The notes beneath the pieces are model-generated. The model did not search any database. It was given only the letters and a program-made list of their open reading frames with translations, and was not told the DNA's origin. A DNA stretch of 64,000 bases from a virus. Below are positions 1 to 9,621 of the stretch, piece after piece. The stretch covers positions 29,802 through 93,801 of the IMG/VR virus record IMGVR_UViG_3300045996_002640; one strand, written 5' to 3'. Each line of letters begins with the position of its first letter. Position 1 is the first letter of the stretch. The translations under genes and the position numbers were made by a program.

Positions 1-110
1 GACGCTTCGCTCGGCGCCGTCAAGTCGTACGAAATCGCGAGGGAAGTGAATCGATCGAACGCACCGATCCCCTCGGCCTCGACTCGGACCGTGTCAGGGC
101 GTCGCTTCAT
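1..110 (-). CDS. 5' fragment of a probable Mu gp44-like baseplate hub protein (runs off the window edge)
   Basis: ATG at 110 gives MKRRPDTVRVEAEGIGAFDRFTSLAISYDLTAPSEA and overlaps the end of the circularisation gene; position matches Mu gene order. Confidence 0.5.
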   Translation of the reverse strand, partial: MKRRPDTVRVEAEGIGAFDRFTSLAISYDLTAPSEA

Positions 111-1032
111 TGGGCACCGGTAGGGTGATGACTGAGCCCTTCTCGACGAAGAGCGGATTGACTCCGGGGTTCAGCCGGATCAGGTCCTCCACGTTCTTGT
201 TCGTGTTCACGGCAATCGCGTAGAGGCTCGACGTGTCTTCGATCACGATGCGCGCGATCCCTTCCGGGCTGAGGTCTTTCTTCGCCTTGCGCGCAGTGCT
301 CTTGAGCTGGATCAGCTTCCGCTGCGTCACGCTCGCATCGGGGTCCGTGAGCTGCCGCCGCGCGCGCTCGGTGGGCCGCTCGGTGGTGAACGCGCGGAGC
401 ACGCGGTTCGTCGCCGCGACTACGATCCCCGCCTGAGCGTCCAGGTCCTGCACCGTGTCGCCCGGGAAGTTCGCGATTGCCTCGAGCTTCGCCGCCGACT
501 CGTTCAGGTCCGCCAGCGTCGAGTCCCAGGTGGCGTCGCTCGCCGCGCTGAACGTCGTCTGCTGCGCGAGGATGAGAGCCGTCGCCTTGACCGTGGGCGG
601 ATTGAACGCGCGCGCGCCGACCGCGTCTTCGTTGTCCTCGACCCAGGTGAACGTGGCCTTCGCCTCGTCCCGAACGTCGTACGCCTCGACCCTCGAGTAG
701 GTCAGCGCGCGCGCTCGGATCTTCCCGACCGTCGGTAGCGTCAGGTCACCGGTCTCGTGCAGATCAAACGATCGAATGAGGTCGTTCAGGATTGCCGGGT
801 ACAGGTCGGCCTTCATGCCGGGCTCGAGCACCGAGTTGTTGAAGATCACCTCGACACGCCAGCGCCGCGCCTTCGAGCCGGTGTCGTCGATCTTGGCGCC
901 GTCGCGGTACGGCCGCTCGCGCTCGACCAGGCGGTTCGCGCCGTCCTCGCTGATCGAAGTGCAAGCGAAGAAGAGCTCCTTGCTGGAGCTCACCTTCCAG
1001 CTCGCGGGAGGCATCGACTCGAAGAGGGTCAT
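94..1032 (-). CDS. Mu gp43-like DNA circularisation protein with C-terminal LysM-like domain
   Basis: N-terminus (ASWK..LVERERPYRDGAKIDDTG..G.LTLPT.G) fits DNA_circ_N; C-terminus SLYAIA..VEDLIRLNPGVNPLFVEKGSVITLP is LysM-like; follows tape measure; ATG 1032 has a GGAGG SD. Confidence 0.8.
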   Translation of the reverse strand: MTLFESMPPASWKVSSSKELFFACTSISEDGANRLVERERPYRDGAKIDDTGSKARRWRVEVIFNNSVLEPGMKADLYPAILNDLIRSFDLHETGDLTLPTVGKIRARALTYSRVEAYDVRDEAKATFTWVEDNEDAVGARAFNPPTVKATALILAQQTTFSAASDATWDSTLADLNESAAKLEAIANFPGDTVQDLDAQAGIVVAATNRVLRAFTTERPTERARRQLTDPDASVTQRKLIQLKSTARKAKKDLSPEGIARIVIEDTSSLYAIAVNTNKNVEDLIRLNPGVNPLFVEKGSVITLPVPNEATP

Positions 1033-1049
1033 GCCCTCCCCCATAACAC

Positions 1050-3041
1050 TCAGCCGGGGGTCGGTGCGTGCCCTGGCGTGCCACCGCCGCGCGGAGTCGG
1101 GGGGCCCTTGCTCGTCCCCGTCGGGGTGCCCTGAGGCACCGAAATGTTGTCGAGCGACGCGCCCAGGCGAGCCACGGCCTTCGCCGCCTTGTCAGACGAC
1201 GCCGCCAGCTCGTCTTGCTTCTTGCGCGCGTTGTCGGCCTCGAGCGTCGCGAGCGAGGTCTTCAGCTTCGAAAGCTGTTCGTTGAACTCGGTAACCGGGT
1301 GCTTCACGTCGCCGAACTTGGTCGCCCACGAACCGAAGAGATCAGCAGCGACTCCCGGGCCGCCCTCTTTCTCCATCGTCTTGATCTTGCGCTTGAGCGC
1401 CTCGGCTGCCTCCTCGCGCTCTTTCATCGAACCGACTCCGTGCGACACCATCGAGTCCGCGGTTGCTGCGGCGTTCGAACGGTCGAGCTTCTTGTCGAAG
1501 TGCTCGTCGAGCTCGGCGTCGATCGCTTCCTGACCGATCTTGTACGCAGCGATTGCGGCGCCAGCGATCATCCCGAAGTTCATCGCGAGACGCTTCCACC
1601 CACCGTTCTTCTCGACCGTGCCCATGAAGCCGTCGCCGGCTTTCTTGAGCCGCTCCTCCGTCCCGTCGGCAAGCTGGAGCTTCTCCATCATCTTCTCGCC
1701 GAAGCCCGACGCGAAGCCGCCAAGGGCGCCCATTCCGACCTTCGCGCCGATCGCCATACCGCCCGCCAGGAGCGGGTGCTTCGTGATGAAGTTCAGGAGC
1801 TTGATCAGGCCCTCGGCGAGCTGCGGGAGGTTGTCCGCAAGCTGGTCGATCGCGTCCATCATCTCGGGCTTTCGGAACGCCTGCTCGACCTTCTCAATCG
1901 CCATCTTGAGTCGGTTCGACGGGTCCTCGAGCTGCCCCGCCTTGCTCTCCTCGACCAGCTTCTCGTAGGTCAGGGTCGTCTTCGAAAGCTTGTGCATCGC
2001 CACGTCGAACGCCGCGAGGCCCTCGAGGGTCGCCTCCTTGGTCTTCATTCCCTGCTTTTTCGCGTCGTCGAACGCTTGCTGAAATGGCGCCGTGAGCTCG
2101 TCGAAGACCACGCGCTGCTCACCACCGAGCTTGCTCGTGATCGCCTTGCGACCCTTCTCGGTCTCGAGCAGCTTCCTGATCCGGTCCATGCCGGTCATCT
2201 GAGGATCGAACTTGATCCCCGCGTCCTTCTGGAGCGCCTTCAAGTCCTTCGACCCGGTCTTCAGAACCTGGAACAGCTTCTTGAGCGCGGGCTCCGCCTT
2301 CTCGCCCACGCGCGCGTTCAGCATCTCGAGCATCCCGAGCAGCGAGCTCAGGCCCTCGCTCCCCTCGAAGCCCGCGTCGACCGCCTCGCCGGCGAGCAGG
2401 CCGAACTTGGAGCCGAGCTCGTCCAGGCTGAGCCCGCCGGCGTCGCTCTTCTCGATGAACGCCGCGAGCATGTCGGGCAGCGCCGCTGCGTCCGCGCCAA
2501 ACTTGCGCCGGAGCATCGAGGCGACGTCCGCCAGCTTCCCGACCTCCTTGCCGCTCGCGCTCGCCGCGTGGCCGATCTGCTCCATGGCGAACCGGGCGAA
2601 GTCCGCGTCGCCGGTCTCAGCGAAGATCCGCTCCATCGCATCGGCGAGGTCGCTCGAGCTCTGGCCCGTCGCGTTCGCCGCGTCCTCGGCGTCCTTCATC
2701 AGGTCCGCCCAGCCCACGGTCACCTTGCCCGCCTTGTTCATGGCGAACTCGATGTCCCGGACCTTCTCTCGGAAGCTCACCGCGCGCGAGACCATCGACC
2801 CAATCCCGACCGCGCCGCCGAGCGTGGCCGCCGTCGCAAGGTGACCCTTGAGCATCCCGCCCACGTCCGAGAGGCTCTGCTTCATCCCGTTGAGCGCGCC
2901 CATGCCGCCGCTCGCGAACGCCTCGCCGAAGTTCTTGCGGATCGCCGATCCGAACTCGGACGTCTTCCGCTTCATGGCGTCCATGGTCGCGACGAAGCTC
3001 CCGCCGTTCAGCGTGAGCTTGATCATGGCTTCCTTCGACAT
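1050..3041 (-). CDS. Tail tape measure protein
   Basis: 663 aa, Ala/Gly-rich and helical with hydrophobic segments; directly after the tail chaperone; SD GGAGG. Confidence 0.85.
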   Translation of the reverse strand: MSKEAMIKLTLNGGSFVATMDAMKRKTSEFGSAIRKNFGEAFASGGMGALNGMKQSLSDVGGMLKGHLATAATLGGAVGIGSMVSRAVSFREKVRDIEFAMNKAGKVTVGWADLMKDAEDAANATGQSSSDLADAMERIFAETGDADFARFAMEQIGHAASASGKEVGKLADVASMLRRKFGADAAALPDMLAAFIEKSDAGGLSLDELGSKFGLLAGEAVDAGFEGSEGLSSLLGMLEMLNARVGEKAEPALKKLFQVLKTGSKDLKALQKDAGIKFDPQMTGMDRIRKLLETEKGRKAITSKLGGEQRVVFDELTAPFQQAFDDAKKQGMKTKEATLEGLAAFDVAMHKLSKTTLTYEKLVEESKAGQLEDPSNRLKMAIEKVEQAFRKPEMMDAIDQLADNLPQLAEGLIKLLNFITKHPLLAGGMAIGAKVGMGALGGFASGFGEKMMEKLQLADGTEERLKKAGDGFMGTVEKNGGWKRLAMNFGMIAGAAIAAYKIGQEAIDAELDEHFDKKLDRSNAAATADSMVSHGVGSMKEREEAAEALKRKIKTMEKEGGPGVAADLFGSWATKFGDVKHPVTEFNEQLSKLKTSLATLEADNARKKQDELAASSDKAAKAVARLGASLDNISVPQGTPTGTSKGPPTPRGGGTPGHAPTPG

Positions 3042-3044
3042 GGG

Positions 3045-3365
3045 CTACCTCCTCCTGCGTTTCTTTCGTTCGGCGAGCGCCGCCCGCTTGGCTTCGATCT
3101 CGGCTTCGGCTTTCTTCTTCATCTCTCGCCAAATTCCAGCGAGCTCTGCCGCCGGCGAGGGATCGATCTCGATCGTGTTCTTCAGGACGTCGTGTCGGGC
3201 GGGCCCTCCGCTGAGGAGCTCCCAGAGCTCTCGGGTGTTGAGGAGTCCGGCGTCGAGGTCTCGGACGATGGCGATGACGATGGTGCGGTCATCAAGCTCC
3301 GCAGCAGGAGCGCCGTAGTAACTATGAAGGCGTTCTGCGTTGCGCCATCGATACCGACTAAAGGG
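3045..3365 (-). CDS. -1 frameshift extension of the tail assembly chaperone (gpGT-like)
   Basis: CCCTTTA at 3365-3359; the -1 frame is open for 106 codons (PFSRYRWRNAERLHSYYG...ERKKRRRR*) and ends just before the tape measure start. Confidence 0.75.
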   Translation of the reverse strand, partial: PFSRYRWRNAERLHSYYGAPAAELDDRTIVIAIVRDLDAGLLNTRELWELLSGGPARHDVLKNTIEIDPSPAAELAGIWREMKKKAEAEIEAKRAALAERKKRRRR

Positions 3366-3919
3366 CTGACATCCCTCCGTTCAGAAATGCTCGAGAGCAG
3401 CGCCATGTAGTCGCTGCGCGTGAGCTTCTTGACGTGGGGATTCAGCTGCTCGCGGTAGAAGTTCATCCGTTTCGCTACGAGCGTCAGCGAGTCTTCTTCG
3501 TACGTCCGCTCGAGCTCGAGCTCGTCCATGGTGAGCGACTCGTAGGGCGGAGTCGGAGAGCGGACCGCGCGCCAGAGGTTGCAGATCGTTTCGAGCGACG
3601 CGAACTCGAGCGGGTCGCGCTTCAAGTCGATCCCCTCCTGCGCCGCGAGCTCATGCGCGCGGATACGCGCCTTTCGGTTGTCGACCAGGCGAGGCACCCG
3701 CACCCGGATCGGGACCGACTCGAACTTGCCGTCCTTGCGCCGGCGGAGGATCTGATCCGGGAAGTAGAGGTAGCCCTGGTGCTCGACGATCTCGAGCTCG
3801 CTCCACGGCTTGGTCTCGATCGCCTTCGAGAAGATGTCCGAGCGCGCCGCGTCGATCTCGTCGTCGAGCGTCTCGTCCAGCACTTCCATCACTTCTTCGG
3901 GGGTCAATTCGCGGGGCAT
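3182..3919 (-). CDS. Tail assembly chaperone (gpG-like)
   Basis: Between tube and tape measure; contains an in-frame slippery heptamer C CCT TTA. Confidence 0.75.
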   Translation of the reverse strand: MPRELTPEEVMEVLDETLDDEIDAARSDIFSKAIETKPWSELEIVEHQGYLYFPDQILRRRKDGKFESVPIRVRVPRLVDNRKARIRAHELAAQEGIDLKRDPLEFASLETICNLWRAVRSPTPPYESLTMDELELERTYEEDSLTLVAKRMNFYREQLNPHVKKLTRSDYMALLSSISERRDVSPLVGIDGATQNAFIVTTALLLRSLMTAPSSSPSSETSTPDSSTPESSGSSSAEGPPDTTS

Positions 3920-3930
3920 CGGGGTCTCCT

Positions 3931-3968
3931 GAAAAGCGAAGGGCGGGCCGCTTTTGGCGACTCGCCCT
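3931..3968 (-). terminator. Probable intrinsic terminator after the tail tube gene
   Basis: Stem AGGGCGAGTCGC/GCGGCCCGCCCT followed by CGCTTTTC. Confidence 0.5.
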
Positions 3969-4012
3969 CAGAACGCAGCTGCTTCGGGTGCTGAAGACGG
4001 CCGGCGTTCGTT

Positions 4013-4384
4013 TTAGTCCTCGAGGTGTCCGACCACGACGATGTTCTGTTTGATCGCGTCGTCGATCGGGAGCTCGGTGCCGACTTGCTTGATGGCACCG
4101 TTGATCGTGAACGTCTGGCCCGGGACCTTGATCCGGAGCTGGACGATCGCGCCTTGCTTCAGCTTCTTGAGCCAGTCGCGCTCCTGACCGTCTTCGCTCA
4201 CCACGAGGTCCATGGTGACCGTGGTCTCCTCGACGCCGAACGTGATCCCCGCACCCTTCTGCCGGATGGTGTGGACCTGCTTTGCGTTGTTGGTCGTGTC
4301 CATCTTGATGTTCACGGCCGTGACCAGGTCGCCCGTCTCCATGGCGACCTGACCGCGCGGAAAAACTTTTTGCTCTGCAGCCAT
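4013..4384 (-). CDS. Tail tube protein
   Basis: 123 aa, beta-rich, immediately downstream of the sheath; SD GGAG. Confidence 0.75.
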   Translation of the reverse strand: MAAEQKVFPRGQVAMETGDLVTAVNIKMDTTNNAKQVHTIRQKGAGITFGVEETTVTMDLVVSEDGQERDWLKKLKQGAIVQLRIKVPGQTFTINGAIKQVGTELPIDDAIKQNIVVVGHLED

Positions 4385-4398
4385 GGTCTCCTACTTCC

Positions 4399-5922
4399 TC
4401 AATTCGGGCGGCGCTGAACAACGACGCCGATCTTGGCGAGCGGCGCAATGATGGTGACCGGGACCACGATATCGACCTGAGTCGGGTCGCTCGCGTTCAC
4501 CTGGACGATGAGCTCGCCGTTCGCGATTGCGGTATCGAGCGCCGCGCGGAGCGCCACGCCCTGACGACACCAGAAGGCGATTCGCGAGATGACGAACGCC
4601 TTGATGTCGCGCTCCTCTACGACTCCCGGAGGCGGAGGCTCGGCGCCCGGCAGCGAATCCTTGGCGATCTTCGCGTTCGGGAACGCCGCGGGGAGCGCCG
4701 AGCGCAAGTCGCGAGCGATCACGTACGTCGAATCGACGTTCTGCACGTCGAGCAGCCGGCGGTCCGCTCCGCCCGCGCTGTCGATCGAGTAGTTCGTGAT
4801 CGGCCGCACGAGGTAGAGCTGCGACGAGGCGTTGAACGCGAGGATCGAAATCCCGTTGGTGAGCGCGTCCTCGAGCTCGGCCACCGTCGGGTTGTCCGCG
4901 ATGGTGTCGGCCGAACCGTAGACGTTGTCCATGAGCTCGCCGATCCGGTTGCCAGCCGGATCGATCGAGACCATCGCGAGGCGCCCGCCGAGCTCGCGCG
5001 CTGCCAACTCACCGGGAAGCGAGCGAGCAGCGAACGCGAACACCCACTCGAGCACCTGACTGTTCCGCCCGATAGCGGCCGTCTTGGTGTTCGTCATGGT
5101 CGTCGAAGTCGTGGCGATCACCGCTTGCTGGAGCTTGGCGTTCAGGCCCGAGTTGAAGTTACCGATATGGGTCAGCAGGCGAGCCACGTTCGAACCCGAG
5201 CCGGTCGTCTCGGCGTCCGTGTTCGAAAGGCACGGCAGGATGTACGCGTACTCGCGGCCGCTCGCATTCGAGAGAACCGTGGTGATGTCCGCGTCGGTCG
5301 TACCGCCCGAGAGGTTCGTGTAGACCACCGCGCCGGTAACCGTCTCGGTCCCAGTCTGCACCAGCAGGGTGACCTTGACCCGGATGTCGTTCGAGATCCG
5401 CCCGGTGGTCTTGCCCGTGATCGTGATGATCCCGACGCCGCCCGAGCTCGCCGTGACCGGCAAGTCCTGAGTCTTGGCAACGATCGCGTTGACCGCTCGG
5501 GTCTTGAAAGTGTCGGTGCTCTCGCCGCTGTTCCATTCGACGTCGAACTCGCGCCCGGCGATGTCGAAGTGCACTGCCGTGTTCCCGGTCGGCACGTTCG
5601 TCGCGGTGATGTTCAGCGTCGCTGCCGTCGCACCAGGGGTCGGAGAAGCGAAGTCGATCTGCGCGTCCGGCGCCTTGAGGTAGATCTGCTTCGCGGCGAG
5701 GTGCCCGATCGTACCGACGCCGAATGCGGTACCGGCCGACTCGGGACCAGCGCCCGCGCGGATCTCGGTGTCGTTCGTCAGCGTGCCGGCCGAGCCCTTC
5801 GGGGCGATCAGCAAAACGCGGAGGATGCCAGTACTCGGCGCCGCCGCGCCGGCCAGCAGGTTAATCGAGAGGTAAAGACCCGGCGTGACCTTCGCCGGGC
5901 TGACCGCGACCGGAATGCTCAT
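4399..5922 (-). CDS. Contractile tail sheath protein (Mu gpL-like)
   Basis: 507 aa; PGLYLSIN N-terminus; C-terminal LEDALTNGISIL..RPITNY..LLDVQ..VQVNASDPTQVDIVVP typical of Mu-type sheaths. Confidence 0.9.
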   Translation of the reverse strand: MSIPVAVSPAKVTPGLYLSINLLAGAAAPSTGILRVLLIAPKGSAGTLTNDTEIRAGAGPESAGTAFGVGTIGHLAAKQIYLKAPDAQIDFASPTPGATAATLNITATNVPTGNTAVHFDIAGREFDVEWNSGESTDTFKTRAVNAIVAKTQDLPVTASSGGVGIITITGKTTGRISNDIRVKVTLLVQTGTETVTGAVVYTNLSGGTTDADITTVLSNASGREYAYILPCLSNTDAETTGSGSNVARLLTHIGNFNSGLNAKLQQAVIATTSTTMTNTKTAAIGRNSQVLEWVFAFAARSLPGELAARELGGRLAMVSIDPAGNRIGELMDNVYGSADTIADNPTVAELEDALTNGISILAFNASSQLYLVRPITNYSIDSAGGADRRLLDVQNVDSTYVIARDLRSALPAAFPNAKIAKDSLPGAEPPPPGVVEERDIKAFVISRIAFWCRQGVALRAALDTAIANGELIVQVNASDPTQVDIVVPVTIIAPLAKIGVVVQRRPN

Positions 5923-6257
5923 TTGCCCTTCTCCTTGGACTTCTCAGCCGCAGCCACGGCCGTCTCTTCCGCCGCTTTCGCAGCCTTTGCCTCAGCCTCG
6001 GAAGCCGCCGCTTGCGCCGCGAGCCACGCTTCGTACGCCGCCTCGGTGCGAACGATCAGAACGCCCGCGTTGACGCAGCGCGTGTACTCCTTGAGGTAGG
6101 AGCTCCACTCGCCGAGCGGGATCTTCACGACCTCGTCCGCGTTGAACGTGCTCTCGCCCGTCGCGAGGTTCACGGTCGCGCCGATGTGAGAGCGCGTTCC
6201 GTAGCGCGAGACGAGCGCGCCCGGCTTGCACGAAACGAACTTTGCTTCCTCGGGCAT
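5919..6257 (-). CDS. Small hypothetical tail-region protein (Mu gp38 position)
   Basis: 112 aa, ATGA-coupled to the sheath; aromatic motif YLKEYTRCVNAGVLI. Confidence 0.6.
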   Translation of the reverse strand: MPEEAKFVSCKPGALVSRYGTRSHIGATVNLATGESTFNADEVVKIPLGEWSSYLKEYTRCVNAGVLIVRTEAAYEAWLAAQAAASEAEAKAAKAAEETAVAAAEKSKEKGK

Positions 6258-6326
6258 GGGGTATCCCCGCCCCTATCACTCGAGGTCAAGAGAACACAAG
6301 CGCGACCCGCGTTGGGCGCCCGACGC

Positions 6327-7421
6327 TCAGCGACGCGGACCGAGACCAGGCGCGAGGCGAAGCAGCGACATCCAATTGTGAGGGGTCGTGATCACCCGGC
6401 TCGGCACCTGAAGACCGCCCGAGCTCACCTGCGCGGCAGTGAAATACAGAAGCTTGCCGAAACGCGCGTCGGCCGTCGAGATCCAAGCCCCGCCGTCACC
6501 ATCGCAAACGACGCCCCACCCTTCGCCGTATGTGGCCGAGCTGTAGGTCATCGAGGCTTCGGGCGCTGGGTTCGAAGCGACGCTCGTAAGGGCCGCTACA
6601 GTCGCCGCGCTCCAGCGCTTGAGCGTGTTCGAAATGTAGTCGAACGCGTGCAGGCGCCCGGCGTGAAATGCGATCCCGCCGATACCCGTGTCGCCATCGG
6701 TCGAAGCGCTGACATTCGACCCCTGCATCACCTTAACCGCCGGCTGGACGCCACCCTGCTTGAGCTGCGCCGGCGAGAGCGCCCACAGCTTGTTGGCGGC
6801 GCCCATCCAAACGTTGCCCGCCGCATCGAGGCACGTGTCCCAGGAGTTGCCGTTCGAATCGCTCGTCTCGATGACCCCCTGCATCGGCCACGCGTCGTTG
6901 GTCAGCAGCTGGTCGCGCTGGATCAAGCAGAGCGCTCCGCGCGTCAGAACGATCTCACCAGTCAGAAGTTCGACCACCGAGCGGGCGCCGCGCGGAGAGA
7001 TCATCCCGAGCTGCTCGGTCGAGATCCGCCGCACCAGCGGCGAGACCATCCCACCGTTCCGGGCCGCTTCCGGGTGCACCGTCCAGCGCTCGTAATCGTT
7101 GCTGACCGGGTCAAGGAGCCCCTCGCTCATCGCGACGATTGCCGTGCCGTCCTGAGTGATGCAAAGGCCGTGGCCGACGCCCGACCAAGGCACCGTTTCG
7201 AAATCGAGCGTGATCGCCGGCGGCCCGCTGTAGGCAGCCTGCGTCATCTGGTCGTGCGTGTACCCGATGAGCTGGAGCCACGTGTCGTTCGAATTGTCGA
7301 GCCCCCACAACGCGACCGGTACCGCCGGCGCCGCCGCGGGAACCTCGGGATAAGGCCCCTGCTCGAACGGGTTCGCGGGCTCGATGATCAGGTCTCGAAC
7401 CAGGCGGGTCTTCGTTTTCAT
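6327..7421 (-). CDS. Putative beta-propeller (NHL/Vgb-like repeat) protein
   Basis: Start MKTKTR overlaps the upstream stop (ATGA); repeated G-x-C/A-x-D-x-x-G-x-x-W blades (GLCITQDGTAIV, TCLDAAGNVW, GIAFHAGRL, GVVCDGDGGAW). Confidence 0.6.
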   Translation of the reverse strand: MKTKTRLVRDLIIEPANPFEQGPYPEVPAAAPAVPVALWGLDNSNDTWLQLIGYTHDQMTQAAYSGPPAITLDFETVPWSGVGHGLCITQDGTAIVAMSEGLLDPVSNDYERWTVHPEAARNGGMVSPLVRRISTEQLGMISPRGARSVVELLTGEIVLTRGALCLIQRDQLLTNDAWPMQGVIETSDSNGNSWDTCLDAAGNVWMGAANKLWALSPAQLKQGGVQPAVKVMQGSNVSASTDGDTGIGGIAFHAGRLHAFDYISNTLKRWSAATVAALTSVASNPAPEASMTYSSATYGEGWGVVCDGDGGAWISTADARFGKLLYFTAAQVSSGGLQVPSRVITTPHNWMSLLRLAPGLGPRR

Positions 7422-8353
7422 TCCTCGGCCTCGCCCTGCTCGAGATCGACCGTCGTGTTGAACCGCTTGAGCTCGGCGTACTCGCGTTCGTCGAGCCGCT
7501 CGATCGTCCGGGTGAGCGCGATCGTGATCCCGAAGAGCTGCATCTGCTGAGCGAGCTCGCGCGGCAGCGCGCCAGCCTTGCCCCGACTCCTGATCTGAAT
7601 GCCCGTCGGGTTCGAGATGATGACCGCTCCGTCCTCGATCGTCTGGCGGTCGGTGAGCCGCTCGGTCACCATGTCGACCAGGCGCACGCCCTCGTTCGCG
7701 CGCTCCTCGGCGCCGTCGTTCCGGTCGACCACGATGCAAACGACGAACGTCTCGGAGTAGATCTGAACGCCCTCACCAGCGCGCGAGCGAGCTCGAGCGA
7801 GAGTACTCGTCGCCAAACCGTCCGCCGGTTCCGAGCCCTGCCAGATCACGAAGATACCGGGCAGCGCGCCGAGGTAGGTGCGCCAGAGCTCGAGCGTGTT
7901 CAGCTGCGTCCCTGGCTCGCCGATCGCCGCGCCGCGGAGGAGCGGGCCGTCCTTCGGGTTTGCGTCGGTGCCCTGGGTGGTCGGGGCGACCACCCGGGCG
8001 ATCGGTTTGAAGCCAGGGACGGGCGGGTCGATCCGCATCTTGGTCCCGGGCTCCAGCGCCGCGTTAAAGCGCTTGCCGCCGAACATGGCCTTGGCCTGGA
8101 CCGTCCCCCCGTTCGGGAATTGGTAGGCCCCGCCGCGCCCGGCGTTGCCCATCGCCTGGGCCATGAACGCAAGGTCGTGCCTCAAGCCCCCGTTGACGAC
8201 CGGAACGAAGAACGTCCCGGGGAGGAACTTCCTCGGGTTCGAGTCGACCGGCGTGACCTCGATCTGGCAAACCGCCTGCTCGCCGGCGAGCGGCGCAGCG
8301 GTCGAAATCAGGCAGCGAGCGATATCGACCAGGTTGTTCGCGACGAACGCCAT
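7418..8353 (-). CDS. Probable tail terminator/completion protein (Mu gp37-like position)
   Basis: 311 aa; LPGIFVIWQG and FVVCIVVD beta motifs; position between gpG-like gene and sheath. Confidence 0.5.
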   Translation of the reverse strand: MAFVANNLVDIARCLISTAAPLAGEQAVCQIEVTPVDSNPRKFLPGTFFVPVVNGGLRHDLAFMAQAMGNAGRGGAYQFPNGGTVQAKAMFGGKRFNAALEPGTKMRIDPPVPGFKPIARVVAPTTQGTDANPKDGPLLRGAAIGEPGTQLNTLELWRTYLGALPGIFVIWQGSEPADGLATSTLARARSRAGEGVQIYSETFVVCIVVDRNDGAEERANEGVRLVDMVTERLTDRQTIEDGAVIISNPTGIQIRSRGKAGALPRELAQQMQLFGITIALTRTIERLDEREYAELKRFNTTVDLEQGEAEE

Positions 8354-8360
8354 GTTGCGA

Positions 8361-8825
8361 TCATGCGCCTACCACCTGAGCAGCGATCAGGTCGACCGCG
8401 TCCTGTTGGATGAGCTCCATATCCACGTTGAAGAAATCGCGGAGCGGAATCACCTCGCGAGGCTCGGGGCTCACGTGGAAGACCGCGTACTCATTGTTCG
8501 TGAACGCCATCGCATAGTCGTCGCCGAAGTCGGGCATCACGCTTGCGGCCATCACGCCCGTGTCCTGGAGAATTTGGGCGCCCTTTCCTTCCTTGCGCCG
8601 GCGCTTGATCGTCTCGGGAGCGAGCTCCTTCCACTTCCCCGCCGGGCTCGCCGCGCCTTCGCTTTCGAAGTTCTCCTCTACCGCGCCGACCATGTCGCTC
8701 GCCACGATCTCGAGGACGTTCCGGAGGTTCTTGGCCTGACTCTGGATCTGCTTGAGGACCGCTTCTAGCGCCGAGGTGTCGGTGCCGACCGCAACCACGC
8801 CGTTCGCTTCGAAGACCATCGCCAT
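8361..8825 (-). CDS. Phage virion morphogenesis protein (Mu gpG / P2 gpS family)
   Basis: NFESEG..GKWKELAPETIKRR..ILQDTG..TNNEYAVFH..IPLRDFF family signature. Confidence 0.85.
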   Translation of the reverse strand: MAMVFEANGVVAVGTDTSALEAVLKQIQSQAKNLRNVLEIVASDMVGAVEENFESEGAASPAGKWKELAPETIKRRRKEGKGAQILQDTGVMAASVMPDFGDDYAMAFTNNEYAVFHVSPEPREVIPLRDFFNVDMELIQQDAVDLIAAQVVGA

Positions 8826-8828
8826 GGC

Positions 8829-9014
8829 TCACTCCTCGAGGTCGGGTTCGGTCAGCGGGAGCGGATGCTTCGAAGCCATCGGCTCAGTCGGGATCTCGTC
8901 TTCGTCGGTGTAGACCAAAGTGATGTGGCAGCGCGGGCACTCGCGCGGGAGCGGGAGCAAGATCGACAGCTCGCACACGTGGCACCGCTGCCAGCGATCG
9001 TCAGAAGCCACCAT
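8829..9014 (-). CDS. Small zinc-ribbon protein
   Basis: CHVC...CPRC, 61 aa. Confidence 0.45.
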   Translation of the reverse strand: MVASDDRWQRCHVCELSILLPLPRECPRCHITLVYTDEDEIPTEPMASKHPLPLTEPDLEE

Positions 9015-9618
9015 GACCCGTCGGGTTCCTCTTGTCCGGAGCGAAGATGAAGCGCGGCTCGCAGGGCGAGCTCAGCTGCGGGTTCACCGCACCGCCTTCC
9101 TGGACGCCGACGCCGACCCGGGTCTGAGCGTTCGTATGAAGCGCCGAGCGTGCGAGCCTGTCGAAGTAGTCGTTCGCGCGCTCGTACTGGGCCCAGTAGC
9201 GGCCCTTACCGTCCGAGCCAAGGAGCTGGCCGCGCTGCTCGACCGCGAGCTCCATCGCCACCCAGGCCGCGTGCCGGCGCGCCAGACGGTCGGTCCTACC
9301 GATCTCGTCGATCTGGTCCCGGACCGGCCAGGCCTTGAGCAGGTAGCTCGCCATGTGATCCTCCGCCGCGCAGAGGATCTCGATAAGTGGCATCGAGTCG
9401 CGGACCCCGTCGCCGTTGAAATCGAAGAGCTGGTCGATGACCGCCGCGCCGCCCGCAACGTTCTCGAGGTCCTTGGGCGTGAGGAACCGAGGAGTCGCGA
9501 CGAAGATCGGAGTCGGGTCGCCGAACGTCCGAACGCGAACGCGCGCGCGCCCGGTCGAGAAGAAGAAAGCCTTCCCCTTACCGAAGCCGCGAACGCCTAC
9601 TCGAGCGACGCCGCCCAT
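9001..9618 (-). CDS. Head-tail adaptor (Mu gp36 / DUF1320-like)
   Basis: FLTPKDL..ILCAAEDHMASYL..QYERANDYFDRLARS pattern; position after capsid genes. Confidence 0.7.
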   Translation of the reverse strand: MGGVARVGVRGFGKGKAFFFSTGRARVRVRTFGDPTPIFVATPRFLTPKDLENVAGGAAVIDQLFDFNGDGVRDSMPLIEILCAAEDHMASYLLKAWPVRDQIDEIGRTDRLARRHAAWVAMELAVEQRGQLLGSDGKGRYWAQYERANDYFDRLARSALHTNAQTRVGVGVQEGGAVNPQLSSPCEPRFIFAPDKRNPTGHGGF

Positions 9619-9621
9619 GGC

